A DNA stretch of 64,000 nucleotides from assembly GCA_004431415.1 (NCBI GenBank), contig QPMI01000408.1, forward strand, positions 62,001-126,000, read 5' to 3'. Positions 31,180-42,162 of the stretch are shown here, in pieces; position 1 is the stretch's first letter, and every line of letters starts with the position of its first letter. Both the position numbers and the translations under genes were made by a program. Source of the stretch: Cyanophora paradoxa CCMP329. Taxonomy: Eukaryota; Plantae; Glaucophyta. Below the pieces are notes generated by a model. It searched no databases and was not told where the DNA came from. It was given only the letters and a program-made list of their open reading frames with translations.

Positions 31180-31652
31180 TATTCGATAGAATCGACGAAA
31201 AGCATACATATTCGCAATTTCGCCGAATCGTCGGACTAATGCCACATAGACGTTGTGTCGTGATAAAGAGCGATATATTGTAATGTCTTCCGCTAGTAAA
31301 AAGCTTTTGCATTAATCGGTCACTGTGGACGTTTACTAGGTCATTATCAAGCAAGTCATCTAAAACAATTGCTATTTTTCGATCATCTTTCTTGCGTCGT
31401 CTTTCTTTTGACGTTCTAAAAGTTCTTCAACCAAAACTGTATCCCATTCTTCATAAATATTGCTCTTGCGAGTGGTATCGTCCCACTGTTCTGTAAATGC
31501 CGTTGTGCTGAAGACGTAAATATCGTCTAGCTGATTTGCTACAGCATTTAATACGTGTTTTACGTAGGTGCTTTTGCCCGAGTTGGTGGGCCGACAAACA
31601 AGAACCGTTTAGGAAGTTTTACTTCTGCTGGATCAAACAATTTGATATCCAT
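30950..31652 (-). pseudogene. Packaging ATPase of A2 with two 1-bp homopolymer deletions
   Basis: 703 bp against 705 bp in A1; otherwise near-identical. Confidence 0.85.
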
Positions 31653-31653
31653 T

Positions 31654-32723
31654 TTAGAAGTTACTTACTTTTAGAGTCGACATTTGATATGAATTAATTA
31701 CGAGAACGTTGTGGCGCAGGACGTGAAAATCGACTACAGCTGGTGCGGTGTTTGTACATCCGGTGACAGTGAGGGAGCAGTAGCTGCTGCTTGAGTTGAA
31801 GAAGTCTGTGTAGCCGAGGACAGCGTTGTGGAGGGAGTCTTTGCCAGATTTCGAAAGCACAATACCATAGACATTTCCGTCTTCAAAACCAAGGGCTGAA
31901 TTACCAGTTGTTGCTCCGCGATATTGAGTTGGGATATGATAGCAGCTCGAAACAAATCCAGAGATTGGCTTATTACTGATATCGAGAGTGCGATTATTGT
32001 GCATGATCTCAAACGAATCAATCTTCAAAGCGTTACCGTTACCGGCAAATGAATTATGATTGCGAGTGCCCAGGTGATTCGCATTACGCACTGTCATCAG
32101 GATCGCGTGCACAAGGCCGCTAACGTTAGCAAGGGATATTTCGACAGCGTTTCCTGCGTCGTCCGTCTTAAGCTGGCGTGAGCGCTTTGAAATGATTTCA
32201 GTAAAGGGAATTCTAATACCGCCAGACTCGTTCGCAGATTTTAGCATAGACTCTGCCTCTTCGCTAGGAATATTCACGAACTGACAAACCAGGGCACAAT
32301 CCGTTAGAGTCGCAATAGCATCAGCAACAGTTCCAATCACACCAGCCGAACGGAAGTCAATCTCGACGGTTGGCATATCCGCAAGTGCTAGCAGAGGGAA
32401 ATATGAATTGTCCCAAAGCTGTGATGGGATCTTCAGCACGTACTCTCGGCTAGCATCGAGAATCTCTAGAGCTGCGTCTTTTCCAAAGCCGTAGCTGCTA
32501 GCAAAAGCTTGGGCGGATGCGACGCTGTTATCAATCAGTGCGTTCACTGTAAGCCAATCACCGGGAATTACCATTTTGAAAGATCCATGAACAAAGCGTA
32601 CGTTTTCAATAAATGCACCAGCACCATTAGGAAGAACCGAAGCGGCAGCTCCACCAGCGACTGTTACCTTAAAATATAGGGAGACGCCATTTAGAAGTTG
32701 CTTGCGCGGAAGGTCGAAAGCAG
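31654..32723 (-). pseudogene. A2 major capsid gene, 3' part (disrupted by B)
   Basis: With 50697-50861, minus the 5-bp TSD, it reconstitutes exactly the 1230-bp MCP gene. Confidence 0.93.
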
Positions 32724-33128
32724 AGCTCAGCACTGCGCCGTGTCTCCAAAAAAATACCCGCGAAAAAAATCAAAAACAAATCAGAAAACAAACCATTCCC
32801 AGTAACCCAATCTTGAATATCAGTAAATCTCAGTAAGCCTCAGTAACCAAAATTGAATTAATCGAAGTTATATCATAATCTCGATTAATTATATCTTATC
32901 GAAGTTATATCTTTTTTATGCGCCGTGTCTCCAAAACAATTCCCAAGAAAAACAAACCATTCCCAGTAACCCTATTCGTATTCAACAGTAATCTCAGTAA
33001 GCCTCAGTAACAAAAATCGAATTAATCGAAGTTATATCTTAAATCTTATTTATCGAAGTTATATCATAATCTCGATTAATTATATTTAATCGAAGTTATA
33101 TCCTTTTTATCCGCCAAGTCTCCCATGA
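32724..33128 (+). repeat. B left TIR
   Basis: Inverted copy of 50292-50696; two ~185-bp internal units with GAAGTTATATC and CAGTAA iterations. Confidence 0.93.
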
Positions 33129-33129
33129 A

Positions 33130-34191
33130 TTAGCGTTTGGTTAAACCACTTCTCAAATTGTATCTTCTCCTTACAACATTACTTCGATTGGGTTTTATGC
33201 CTTCCTTTGCTACCAATCGATTCACTTTATTCGTTTTATTAACCTGCTGAATTCGTTTTTGTGATGGGATCTTAATGATATCATCTTTATTCACCTTTTG
33301 CAATTCTTGTTTCTTAAATCTCCTCTTCACTTCTTTTGTTTCCTCACCATCATTATCTTCAAGGACTTTGAAACGATTCCTATCAGCCTTTGCAACAGTG
33401 TAGACCTTTTGACTGAATTGCGCACCTTCTTTTTCAAATAATCCCTTTGGTTGCAAAACTCGAACTGTGTCTCCTGGTTTCACTTGATTAGTATCAGCCT
33501 CCTTTACACGATTGTTGTGAACAGTATCCCTCATGTAAATAAATAACTGTTTATCTTCATTTGTATACACTGCATTCGGTGAGTCATTTTTCAATGCCGA
33601 ATGGGGACTGCTATTATACAAGTCAATTACATCACTAAGTAGATCGATCCATTTCGTGGTTCCTTTTGCTGTCATCGTTTTCCTGAGATATTGTTTGAAA
33701 GTCCTAGTGAACCTATCAATTATCCCCAGTTTATCTCCTACTGTGATGTGGTCATCCTTTGCCACATCTGTGTAAAGCATTACACCATGTTCACTGCACC
33801 AATTTCGGTATACTGCCTGGGAAAACTCATTATCCCCAGAGAGAGCATTAACTTTGCCTGCATCTTGCTTGAACCTATTTAAAATGCTCGGGATCTCACT
33901 GCTGTTTTTAAAAGGATAAACAAATCCTTTGCGACTAAGTATGTCTACGAAACTGAGCATTTTGAAAATGCCATTGTTGGCAGTCTGAAACCCTCTGAAA
34001 TATGTTATATCGATTTGAAACGATCTAGGCTTTGCTACTATGCGAAGAAACGATTTGGGTTTCCTTGGTTTCTTGTAGATTTGCTGGAGTTCTGAGTTTT
34101 TGAATTTCTTTTTCAACTCTTTTTCATCAAAACTCACTTTTTCATTAATCAGTTTCTGCCTATACTTTTTGAATGATAATACACTATCCAT
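33130..34191 (-). CDS. rve integrase (B)
   Basis: FQIDI, SGDNE, GIIDRFTRTFK, YNSSPHSAL. Confidence 0.9.
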   Translation of the reverse strand: MDSVLSFKKYRQKLINEKVSFDEKELKKKFKNSELQQIYKKPRKPKSFLRIVAKPRSFQIDITYFRGFQTANNGIFKMLSFVDILSRKGFVYPFKNSSEIPSILNRFKQDAGKVNALSGDNEFSQAVYRNWCSEHGVMLYTDVAKDDHITVGDKLGIIDRFTRTFKQYLRKTMTAKGTTKWIDLLSDVIDLYNSSPHSALKNDSPNAVYTNEDKQLFIYMRDTVHNNRVKEADTNQVKPGDTVRVLQPKGLFEKEGAQFSQKVYTVAKADRNRFKVLEDNDGEETKEVKRRFKKQELQKVNKDDIIKIPSQKRIQQVNKTNKVNRLVAKEGIKPNRSNVVRRRYNLRSGLTKR

Positions 34192-37100
34192 TATTGGGCG
34201 GCACAGTTACACTTAATATGAGAGAGGAAACAATTTTTGGTAATGTGAGCCACAGCATTATTAATTCGATCTACCGAAATATCTTCAAAGTCCATGGCAT
34301 TGTAGCATCGCAGGCAATGCCCATACTGCTTCCCATATCGCTGCTTGATCCAATCCCATGTGATGTAATCATGCTCATCGAATTGTCTGTTTGCTGCTCG
34401 GTCCTGATCCTTGTAAGTCGATATTTTCTCGTTATTCTCTCTCTTCCACACCTTCCAGTGAGCCATTTCGAAATTATCATGGTAAATAACGACATCATCC
34501 AGCCTTGTGGTTCGTGTGAGAGCAACATAGAGCCACTTCTTTGACACAAATGGCGCCCCCGTTTCGAACACAACTACCCTGTTCCCTTTGCAGCGAATCG
34601 TATCACCTTGAACAACATGGCAGGTGTTTGCATAAGCCAGGGCGAAATGTTTGACTGCATCCCTGCTGAGAACAATCTCATCCTTCTTGTTGGCAATGTC
34701 AGCAATTATGAAACTGTCCTTTGAGAGCTTGACAATCTTGTAGACAAATCCATTATGAACTATTTTTCCACCCTTTGCAATACGAGTCTTTGCAACAACT
34801 TTGATGCCGCCAGCATAAATGGAAACATTATCCCCGTAGTTCATTTTGTGAAGGGCTAGGTTCACCTCTGCACCCTTGCGGTTTGTGTAAACAATGCCAA
34901 TATCAGTCTTTTCCAATTCGTCCACAACCTTGAACCCATACTTTGTGAGGACCTCACTTACACTCAAACCTTTCTCGAATAAATCAATTCGAATTTGCTC
35001 GACCTTCCTGCGATCTTCCTCAGTCTCATGTCGCTTGTTCACTTGGAGTAACAATTCGTTGGGGAACAGGCGATGGAGAATATCGAGGTAATACTCATCT
35101 TGGTCAACACTCATATCTTGGATGGGTGGGTTTTGGTACGGGTCCCCTGTGGCGATGTATACCTTATCTGGGAACTGCTCATTCATGATGTGGTCCAAGG
35201 CTGCCAGTTCCCCAATCTTAAACTGACAGATCTCATCAATAACAATGCAATCAAATTCCACCAAACCAGAGGCATTTCCTCCCACAATTTCATCCATGTT
35301 CGACTCATCGATTTTGAGATGAAGGGCATCATAGATTGTCTTCACATTTTTCAATCCTTGCTCTTTCATTTCTTTCACTCGCTTGTTGGTTGGAACAATA
35401 TAGAGGGGATTTTGGAAACACTTTCCTCCATATTCAACTGTCATGTAAGTCTTTCCAACTCCCGGAACTGCTCCGAGAAGAACCCATCGTTTTTGTGTAG
35501 CCAGCAAATCACAAATCGCGGTTGTGTCATACTCATCAACCACAGAGTGTTTGGTATAACTGTAGTTCTCGATTTTCACAAAGTCAGTCGCTCTCTCAAA
35601 CTTTCCGTAACGAATTCGTTTTGCCTCGAGGTCTTTCTTCTCACCTGAAAACTTTTTAGAAAAATTGGGGCAGCATTTCACACTGAATTTTCCAATATTC
35701 TCAAAGGCATTGCGATCGAATGACATTGGGGCAATGGGTTCGTAAGCGATCCCATAAACACAATCGGTGTTCAAAGCAAGTGGTCGGATTTGCTGTTTAG
35801 CGAGTTCGACACACTTCTCATACATACACATCCTCATAATTGACAAGAGGGTAGTGTACAATGGCATGAAGCCATCAATGAGCTGCTTTTCTGCTACCTG
35901 ATTGACATAGTAGATATGGGGTTCGGTCATCTCTTCCTCACACAGAACGAACTCTGTCTCCTCATAAGTGGCAAGAGTCTCACCAAAGAGGTAAATCTTA
36001 ACCTCCCCTCCATTCTGTTTCTGGAACTCGATCGCATCGTCTCTGTTGTGGAAAATGGTGGTTTTCACTCTGCTATTTCTTTGCTTTCCAGTTTGCCCAA
36101 TCGCACTCACTAAGATCTGCTTCTTATCAACAGGATCGAGGTCGCTATCTAAGATTCGAGCAACTGTGTTGCCTGCAAGGTTGGGAATGAGTTTGTAAGG
36201 TCGCAGAACCGCTTTGATGGAGATGTCATCCTTGAAATCCTCGAAATGCTTTTTGAGAACCAAACCAGGAACGACATTGTACTTGGAATCAATGATCATC
36301 CTCTTGTATCTGTTGTAGGTGTTTGCTTCGTACTCCTTTCCGTTCTTGTCTTTGGCTTTGAAAAAGTATTTGTCGTCCAGTTTCACGTAATAGAAGCTGT
36401 ATTCCTCGATTTGCTCTGCATATGTGATTGTCACACTCTTGAAGACATCGAACTTGCTGAGAACAGGAACGAATTTGATCATCAAGGCTACAATGTAAGG
36501 GTATGCTTTGCACATATCGAACTCGTAAATATCTGTGTTAAAGCGAATTTCATCAAAGGTTTCCTCATCCACATCAAAGAGACCACGAAGGGCAGTCTGC
36601 ACACCATTCTTGAAAGCATTTACGGTCTGTTCATTGTAAGTACTCTTGTTGGAAGTGTTGATTAGAGACCTATACATATCCAGATTCAGCTTCTCGAATT
36701 TATCTCTGTACTCAGCATTCTTGAAGCTAATCTCGAAGGCTGTTTCCACATCTGTATCGTTACCAGGTGGGGTCACGACAACATCCTTATCGTCAATAGT
36801 GAAACGAATATGGGTTGCCTTTCCGATTACCTGATAATTATGCACCACAATGAACTCTCTGAGAAGTTCATCCAGTGAACCACCATAGCAGATTCGAATG
36901 CTCGATTGGTTCTTTGGATTGTCAGACCTGACAATTCTCAGAATGTCGTCTGGATTTGTGGCAAACTTCTTGAACCTTCTTTGCTTTATAATTTTGTAAC
37001 GAGAACTGAGTGGAACATTGGTATCTTTTGGCTTGGAGCCATTGAAGGACTGTGTGAGAGCCTTAATATTGTGATTTAACAAATACATGTGACCATTCTC

Positions 37101-38276
37101 AATCTTCACATATGCAACAGAAGGGGTCAAGTGTGTGTTCCTGGTCTTGGGCAGGAAAGTCAGTTCAGGGACAGGGGTCCTGTCGTCCTTTCCAATTGTA
37201 ACCATGCCTAGGCGCAGTGGGTCAAGAACCTTCTCCGAAATGGACTTGAAAGAAATGCCCCAATCATCTCCTTCAACAGGGTCTCGCCCATTCACCATCT
37301 TAAAGAGTCCGTTGTAAGACCAATCGATGCGCTTGTATTTCCCTTTGGTCTTAGCCTTCTCAAATGCTCCTCCAAACCATTTGATGAGGACATCAAAGAC
37401 ACACTTCCCAACCTTGAATGAGTCTCCTTTCAAGAACATTTCCTTGAATGTGGTGGCTTGGGGGTTCCCTTCGTTTTTAATGAAATTCGAAATAATCATG
37501 GGAGCGTTTGTATTGTCTCTGAGGACTTGTTCATTTCTGGGGATGTATTCTTCATTATCTGTGGTGATGACTCTTTCGATTGTCATAATATCGGGGTAGG
37601 TATCTTGCTCGATTAGTTTTAGGTAGCGGAAATCTTGATTGTTTGAGTTAAACTCGATGACTGCTGCAATAAATTCAGCGATGACAGTCCCCTCGACGCA
37701 TGGGAACGTATTGAAGGTGGATTGAACCAGAGCAAGAGCGTTCAGAAAAGCTGCCTTGGTACACTGGATACCGAAGGGGCGATTGTTCCGAAGCCTCTTT
37801 GATTCAATGTAGGTCACGCCATTCTCAGTGACCCTATTTGCATTTGCAGGGGCTTGATCGCCCTCTTGCAACTCACGGAAGAGTCTCACATTCAGAGTGA
37901 CCATGTTTCCAGGTGAGTATTCAACAAACTCGCGAAGGTTAGCCATCATCTGCTGGAAAGGAGTCAAGCGCTTCCGCTCCTGTGCTTCGGCTGCTTTCTT
38001 GTTCTGCTTCTCAACATTCTTAGCGGCTCTCTCAGCCCTCTTCGCCTTCTTTTCTTGCTTGCGGACCACACGAGGATTGATGATACCATTGAGAGTATCG
38101 CGAATATCAATCAATGATTGCAAGCGGAGCCTGCGGTTAATTGTCCTTTCCAAAAAGTAGTTCACTTGCTCTTCATTGAGAATTCCATGGACACTACCCT
38201 GGGTGATGTAACCAATGATCTCTTCTCTTATCTTATTCGCTATTCTGTTTCCAGGGCGAGGCATTTCTTTGTTCAC
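34191..38276 (-). CDS. PolB-like domain fused to an SF1 helicase and a C-terminal HNH-like domain (1361 aa)
   Basis: FDMCKAYP / KQILVSAIG / NTDC (PolB motifs A/B/C-like); GAVPGVGKT, VIDE, GDPYQ, TCHVVQG, YVALTR (SF1); CxxC...SVDRINN..AH...N...CN. Confidence 0.85.
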   Translation of the reverse strand: MNKEMPRPGNRIANKIREEIIGYITQGSVHGILNEEQVNYFLERTINRRLRLQSLIDIRDTLNGIINPRVVRKQEKKAKRAERAAKNVEKQNKKAAEAQERKRLTPFQQMMANLREFVEYSPGNMVTLNVRLFRELQEGDQAPANANRVTENGVTYIESKRLRNNRPFGIQCTKAAFLNALALVQSTFNTFPCVEGTVIAEFIAAVIEFNSNNQDFRYLKLIEQDTYPDIMTIERVITTDNEEYIPRNEQVLRDNTNAPMIISNFIKNEGNPQATTFKEMFLKGDSFKVGKCVFDVLIKWFGGAFEKAKTKGKYKRIDWSYNGLFKMVNGRDPVEGDDWGISFKSISEKVLDPLRLGMVTIGKDDRTPVPELTFLPKTRNTHLTPSVAYVKIENGHMYLLNHNIKALTQSFNGSKPKDTNVPLSSRYKIIKQRRFKKFATNPDDILRIVRSDNPKNQSSIRICYGGSLDELLREFIVVHNYQVIGKATHIRFTIDDKDVVVTPPGNDTDVETAFEISFKNAEYRDKFEKLNLDMYRSLINTSNKSTYNEQTVNAFKNGVQTALRGLFDVDEETFDEIRFNTDIYEFDMCKAYPYIVALMIKFVPVLSKFDVFKSVTITYAEQIEEYSFYYVKLDDKYFFKAKDKNGKEYEANTYNRYKRMIIDSKYNVVPGLVLKKHFEDFKDDISIKAVLRPYKLIPNLAGNTVARILDSDLDPVDKKQILVSAIGQTGKQRNSRVKTTIFHNRDDAIEFQKQNGGEVKIYLFGETLATYEETEFVLCEEEMTEPHIYYVNQVAEKQLIDGFMPLYTTLLSIMRMCMYEKCVELAKQQIRPLALNTDCVYGIAYEPIAPMSFDRNAFENIGKFSVKCCPNFSKKFSGEKKDLEAKRIRYGKFERATDFVKIENYSYTKHSVVDEYDTTAICDLLATQKRWVLLGAVPGVGKTYMTVEYGGKCFQNPLYIVPTNKRVKEMKEQGLKNVKTIYDALHLKIDESNMDEIVGGNASGLVEFDCIVIDEICQFKIGELAALDHIMNEQFPDKVYIATGDPYQNPPIQDMSVDQDEYYLDILHRLFPNELLLQVNKRHETEEDRRKVEQIRIDLFEKGLSVSEVLTKYGFKVVDELEKTDIGIVYTNRKGAEVNLALHKMNYGDNVSIYAGGIKVVAKTRIAKGGKIVHNGFVYKIVKLSKDSFIIADIANKKDEIVLSRDAVKHFALAYANTCHVVQGDTIRCKGNRVVVFETGAPFVSKKWLYVALTRTTRLDDVVIYHDNFEMAHWKVWKRENNEKISTYKDQDRAANRQFDEHDYITWDWIKQRYGKQYGHCLRCYNAMDFEDISVDRINNAVAHITKNCFLSHIKCNCAAQ

Positions 38277-38505
38277 TCTATTAATATATACCTACAAAAG
38301 TTTTCTTTAAATACTTTTATACTCACGTCAAATTTTACCGGCAAAACCAAAAGTCTCCAACAAAATAAATTTAGTCGAGGGCATTCATAAAAATAACAAA
38401 GGGTTGGCTCGATCATCGAACTCTAAAAATAACAGAATGATTTTATTTGTGGTTCCAGCGCGGTTCCCGCGGGATTCTCAGAGCAGATCGCGCTGAGAAA
38501 AACGA

Positions 38506-38763
38506 TTAACAGACATATTTCGATTTGCGACCACGGTTAGAGTAGGGGACACCATAGAGATACTTAACAAAGCAGACTGCATTGGAAGCATAGAGACGCT
38601 GGGAACTCTCAACGATTCTCATGGCTCTGTAACACTCATCAGTATGGTATAAATCACGCATTTGCTTTGCGAATTTCGCATTATACTTTTTTAAATATTC
38701 CTGACCTTTTTCAGTTTTACGATAACGGTAAGTAGCACGCTTCTGAGCCTCACTGATTGGCAT
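38506..38763 (-). CDS. Small basic protein
   Basis: ATG-initiated 85-aa ORF (SEAQKRA.Y.Y start) in AT-rich context; loosely analogous to the family A basic proteins. Confidence 0.55.
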   Translation of the reverse strand: MPISEAQKRATYRYRKTEKGQEYLKKYNAKFAKQMRDLYHTDECYRAMRIVESSQRLYASNAVCFVKYLYGVPYSNRGRKSKYVC

Positions 38764-39116
38764 TTTGTCCTTTTCTACTCTCTTAATATATGTTAAGAAA
38801 TCTTTAAGTAGTTTTTCTGTCTGTATATAGCGAATAAAATCCTGTCAAATTTTGGTCCCACACTGATTGCAGAGCATCCAGTTCGAAAGAAGATGCTGGA
38901 AAAATGATAAAGCCACCGATACCCAAAAAGGTTCACTTGTCGGCTGCAAGTTTCTACCACTGAACCCGGTAGAACAGGTGATTAAAGTGATATCTGTGGA
39001 TAATTCACTTCGCTCTACAACGCCTCCATAAAAATGAAGAAGTTTTGAGCCTACGGGATAGGATTGGTTACGTAGCGCTACCTATGTTTGAGAAATTATA
39101 TTATTCACATTGATCC

Positions 39117-39866
39117 TTAACGGCGATATCCAGGTTTAATACCGAGCTTGGCAAACCCTGAGACCATTGGGGCAGCATTTGGAATCGAGTTGACTGGATC
39201 AGCCTGCGAAGTAGCAACCCGGAGGATCGATTTATTGAGGACCGGCAAATCCGTTTTGTTGGAGTCTTGATAATCGATGGTCTTTGCAATCAATTCGGCT
39301 GGTGATTCTTTTGCAACATGAACAGGTTCAGGGATGACTTCATGGGTTACTTCTGGTTTCTTCTCAACCTTTTCCTTTGTGATTGGCTGTTCCTTGATCT
39401 TGTTTTCGTTTTTGGTCTCTGCTGCAATGCCATCAACAAGACTTTTAGCATACTGGTATGTCACAGATTTCAGTCCACCAGTGGTTGAACGAATAAAGTA
39501 GCGGTTGCGATGGTCTTTCTCGGAATAGGTTGAGTAGAGTCGCTCACCACCATCAAGCAGTTTCAGCAGTGTTGATGATGAGGCAACCTTGTCCTTTGTC
39601 GATGATTTGAACTGTCCTTTCTTGATTCCTCGTTTGGCTCCAGGCATGCGGTTCAGTGGGACTTGGTCAACCAGGGCATTATCATCATTAGAATTTGAAG
39701 TAAGCGCAATTGTGTGAGCATTCATGGTCTGGTGAACATTTTTATCGAGATCACCAGTTCCATATGCAGCGGTTCCTTTTGATTTCTTAAACTGTTTCCG
39801 TTCTGGTTCCGCTTGCTCAACTGGTTTGGCTAAGAAATTCTTTGGCTGGGTCTTTCGAGTTGCCAT
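39117..39866 (-). CDS. Lys-rich candidate core protein (B)
   Basis: Shares RYFI....GLK, GIA.ETK.ENKI, SILR.A.S.ADPV and PM.SGF.KLG with 2975-3607. Confidence 0.75.
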   Translation of the reverse strand: MATRKTQPKNFLAKPVEQAEPERKQFKKSKGTAAYGTGDLDKNVHQTMNAHTIALTSNSNDDNALVDQVPLNRMPGAKRGIKKGQFKSSTKDKVASSSTLLKLLDGGERLYSTYSEKDHRNRYFIRSTTGGLKSVTYQYAKSLVDGIAAETKNENKIKEQPITKEKVEKKPEVTHEVIPEPVHVAKESPAELIAKTIDYQDSNKTDLPVLNKSILRVATSQADPVNSIPNAAPMVSGFAKLGIKPGYRR

Positions 39867-39902
39867 TTGTAATATCGAGACAAATTTATTCTACAGTATT
39901 TC

Positions 39903-40802
39903 CTATGACCGTGAGAACGGCAAGTAGAGTCCCTCCAACTCTTTAATGACATTCTTCAATGCTTTCTTTGTCAGATCTTTATCATCTTCCGTAATGAGTT
40001 CGAGAGTCATCGACCAATCAGTGGTAATATCCGTTTCGGCACCATTCCAGTATGTGAGACGAACTTTTAGCGTTTCAACTTCCACCAAACCGTTTTGCTC
40101 ATGCAGGATCATGGAATTATTCGATGAATCGTATTTAAGCAGACTGCCTACCGTTTGATCAATCTCGATTTTCGCAAGGGCTTTATCATCGCTTGTGTTC
40201 TTGCTTACATAGTTGCCTTTGAGTGGATCGACATGTAGAAGGATGTAAGAGTTGAACAGAAGATCGAGCGGTATAACACTGTCAATGTAGTAATTATAAG
40301 TATTAGTTCCGACTGTTACAGGTGAATCCAGCAGGGCAGAAGCGTAACCATTTTCTGAACTGTCAGGCCTGCGCTCTGGAAACCCAAGGAAGTTTGCTAA
40401 GATCCGACTTCCGAAGGTGAGGGTAAATGTTGCATCGCACATGAACCTTAGAAACATGGTAACAGGATCATATGTAACGTAGAAATGGCGAGTATAGGTA
40501 GTTCCTGCTGCACCATACACTTGTGAAGCTAGTTTGGCATTTAGAAGATTCACCAAACTATCCGAAGTATATGTCCCTTTCGAAATAGTGTTATTCTTAG
40601 TTTTAATTACATCTCCAGCATCATAGGTTCCTGTAATCAAACTTCCATTCTCGCTAAGATTGTAAATGTTATTGAACATCTCAAAGTTAGTCACTCTGCA
40701 GGCTCTCACATTTTGGATTGCATGGGGAATTTTGTAAGTAAAGTTCGTTGGGGTTCCATCATCTCGGTCCCTGGAATCAATATTAAGGTAATGACGCGTC
40801 AT
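39903..40802 (-). CDS. Putative minor capsid protein (B)
   Basis: IDSRDRD..TP.NF; aligns with 3678-4553. Confidence 0.75.
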   Translation of the reverse strand: MTRHYLNIDSRDRDDGTPTNFTYKIPHAIQNVRACRVTNFEMFNNIYNLSENGSLITGTYDAGDVIKTKNNTISKGTYTSDSLVNLLNAKLASQVYGAAGTTYTRHFYVTYDPVTMFLRFMCDATFTLTFGSRILANFLGFPERRPDSSENGYASALLDSPVTVGTNTYNYYIDSVIPLDLLFNSYILLHVDPLKGNYVSKNTSDDKALAKIEIDQTVGSLLKYDSSNNSMILHEQNGLVEVETLKVRLTYWNGAETDITTDWSMTLELITEDDKDLTKKALKNVIKELEGLYLPFSRS

Positions 40803-40854
40803 TCTGTTTAATAAAGCATTTTAAAAATTTCTTTTGGTATTTTAAACATAAGAG

Positions 40855-42081
40855 ATGGCACTCACTGGAACTACCCTTAAGGAACTCCTCGTAACTCCCG
40901 GTTCCGATCAAATTTATCTATCCCCTGGTCTCCAAATCGGAACCAACCCCAAGTACAAACCATTCCTCGAGCAAGTTCGTCCCCGAGGCAATACTTTTGG
41001 CTTTAAGAATACCGCTTACTTCGATCTACCTCGCAAACAACTCCTTGCTGGTGTTTCGCTCTATTTCAAGATTGCCACTGGTGGTGGTGTAGCCTGCACC
41101 CTCCCTAATGGTGGTTCTTCCTTTATTAATGAGGTTCGCTTTGTTCATGGTGGTTTCAAGTATATCATCCCTGGTGACTGGATTACTGTTAACGCTCTGA
41201 TTGATAATGATCATGCTACCATGAGCAGCATGTATGCTTCTCTTGGTTACTTCAAAGAACTTGATCGTGAAAGCACAGATGAGGCTATGGAATACATTGT
41301 TAAAATCCCCGCTGCTTTCTGGGATGATGCTTACTTCCCACTATGCACACTGGCGGATATGCCAACAATTGAGGTTGATTTCCGTGATGCTGGGATAGTC
41401 AAAGTTCCTGCTGGTGGATCTGTTACATTTGCAGATTGCTCCCTGATCTGTCAATTTGTAAACATCGCTTCGGCTGAGGCTGAGACACTTTTGAAAATGG
41501 CAAATGAACAAGGTGGCATTCGCATTCCGATCACAGAGGTCATCCACAAGAAGACACGAGCGCTCAAAACCGCTGATGCTGGTGAATCGGTTGAGGTGAC
41601 ACTCGCTAATGTTTCTGGTCTGGTTCATTCGATTCTCATGACAGTTCGAGAGGTGAACAAACTTAACACCTACACTCACTCTGATTTCTGTGGTCATGTT
41701 TCGGATGTTAAGATCGATCAGTTCCAGATCTTCCACAACAATCGCTCCCTGGATATCTCCAACAAACCCATTTCTGGTTTCCTCTCGGCTATCAATCACA
41801 TTCCTTCTCATTACAAGGGTGTTACTGTTGGCAATACTACTTATGGATTCGAGAATGGAAATATTTACGGAATCGTTCTTTCCAAATCTGGAAAAGATTC
41901 GCTTCGGAACTCGGTTATGGGTTACCAGGATTTCTTCAACAGCAGCTCGAGTTACATGGATCTCACTGTTTCGGGATGCACTGATGCCGCTCCTGTTCAG
42001 GTTGACATCTATGCCCTCCGACACAATGTTATGGTCCTCAATGGCTACAACATCTCTACCCTGAAAGTCTCGAACTTCTAA
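40855..42081 (+). CDS. Putative major capsid protein (B)
   Basis: Aligns end to end with the A MCP (GTTLKELL...STLKVSNF). Confidence 0.8.
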   Translation: MALTGTTLKELLVTPGSDQIYLSPGLQIGTNPKYKPFLEQVRPRGNTFGFKNTAYFDLPRKQLLAGVSLYFKIATGGGVACTLPNGGSSFINEVRFVHGGFKYIIPGDWITVNALIDNDHATMSSMYASLGYFKELDRESTDEAMEYIVKIPAAFWDDAYFPLCTLADMPTIEVDFRDAGIVKVPAGGSVTFADCSLICQFVNIASAEAETLLKMANEQGGIRIPITEVIHKKTRALKTADAGESVEVTLANVSGLVHSILMTVREVNKLNTYTHSDFCGHVSDVKIDQFQIFHNNRSLDISNKPISGFLSAINHIPSHYKGVTVGNTTYGFENGNIYGIVLSKSGKDSLRNSVMGYQDFFNSSSSYMDLTVSGCTDAAPVQVDIYALRHNVMVLNGYNISTLKVSNF

Positions 42082-42162
42082 AGTTCTTTTCTTTTGTAAG
42101 AGTAGGAAGCGCAAAAATTAAGTAGGTGAGTAGTTTATTTTGTTTTTTATCTTATTACTGTA

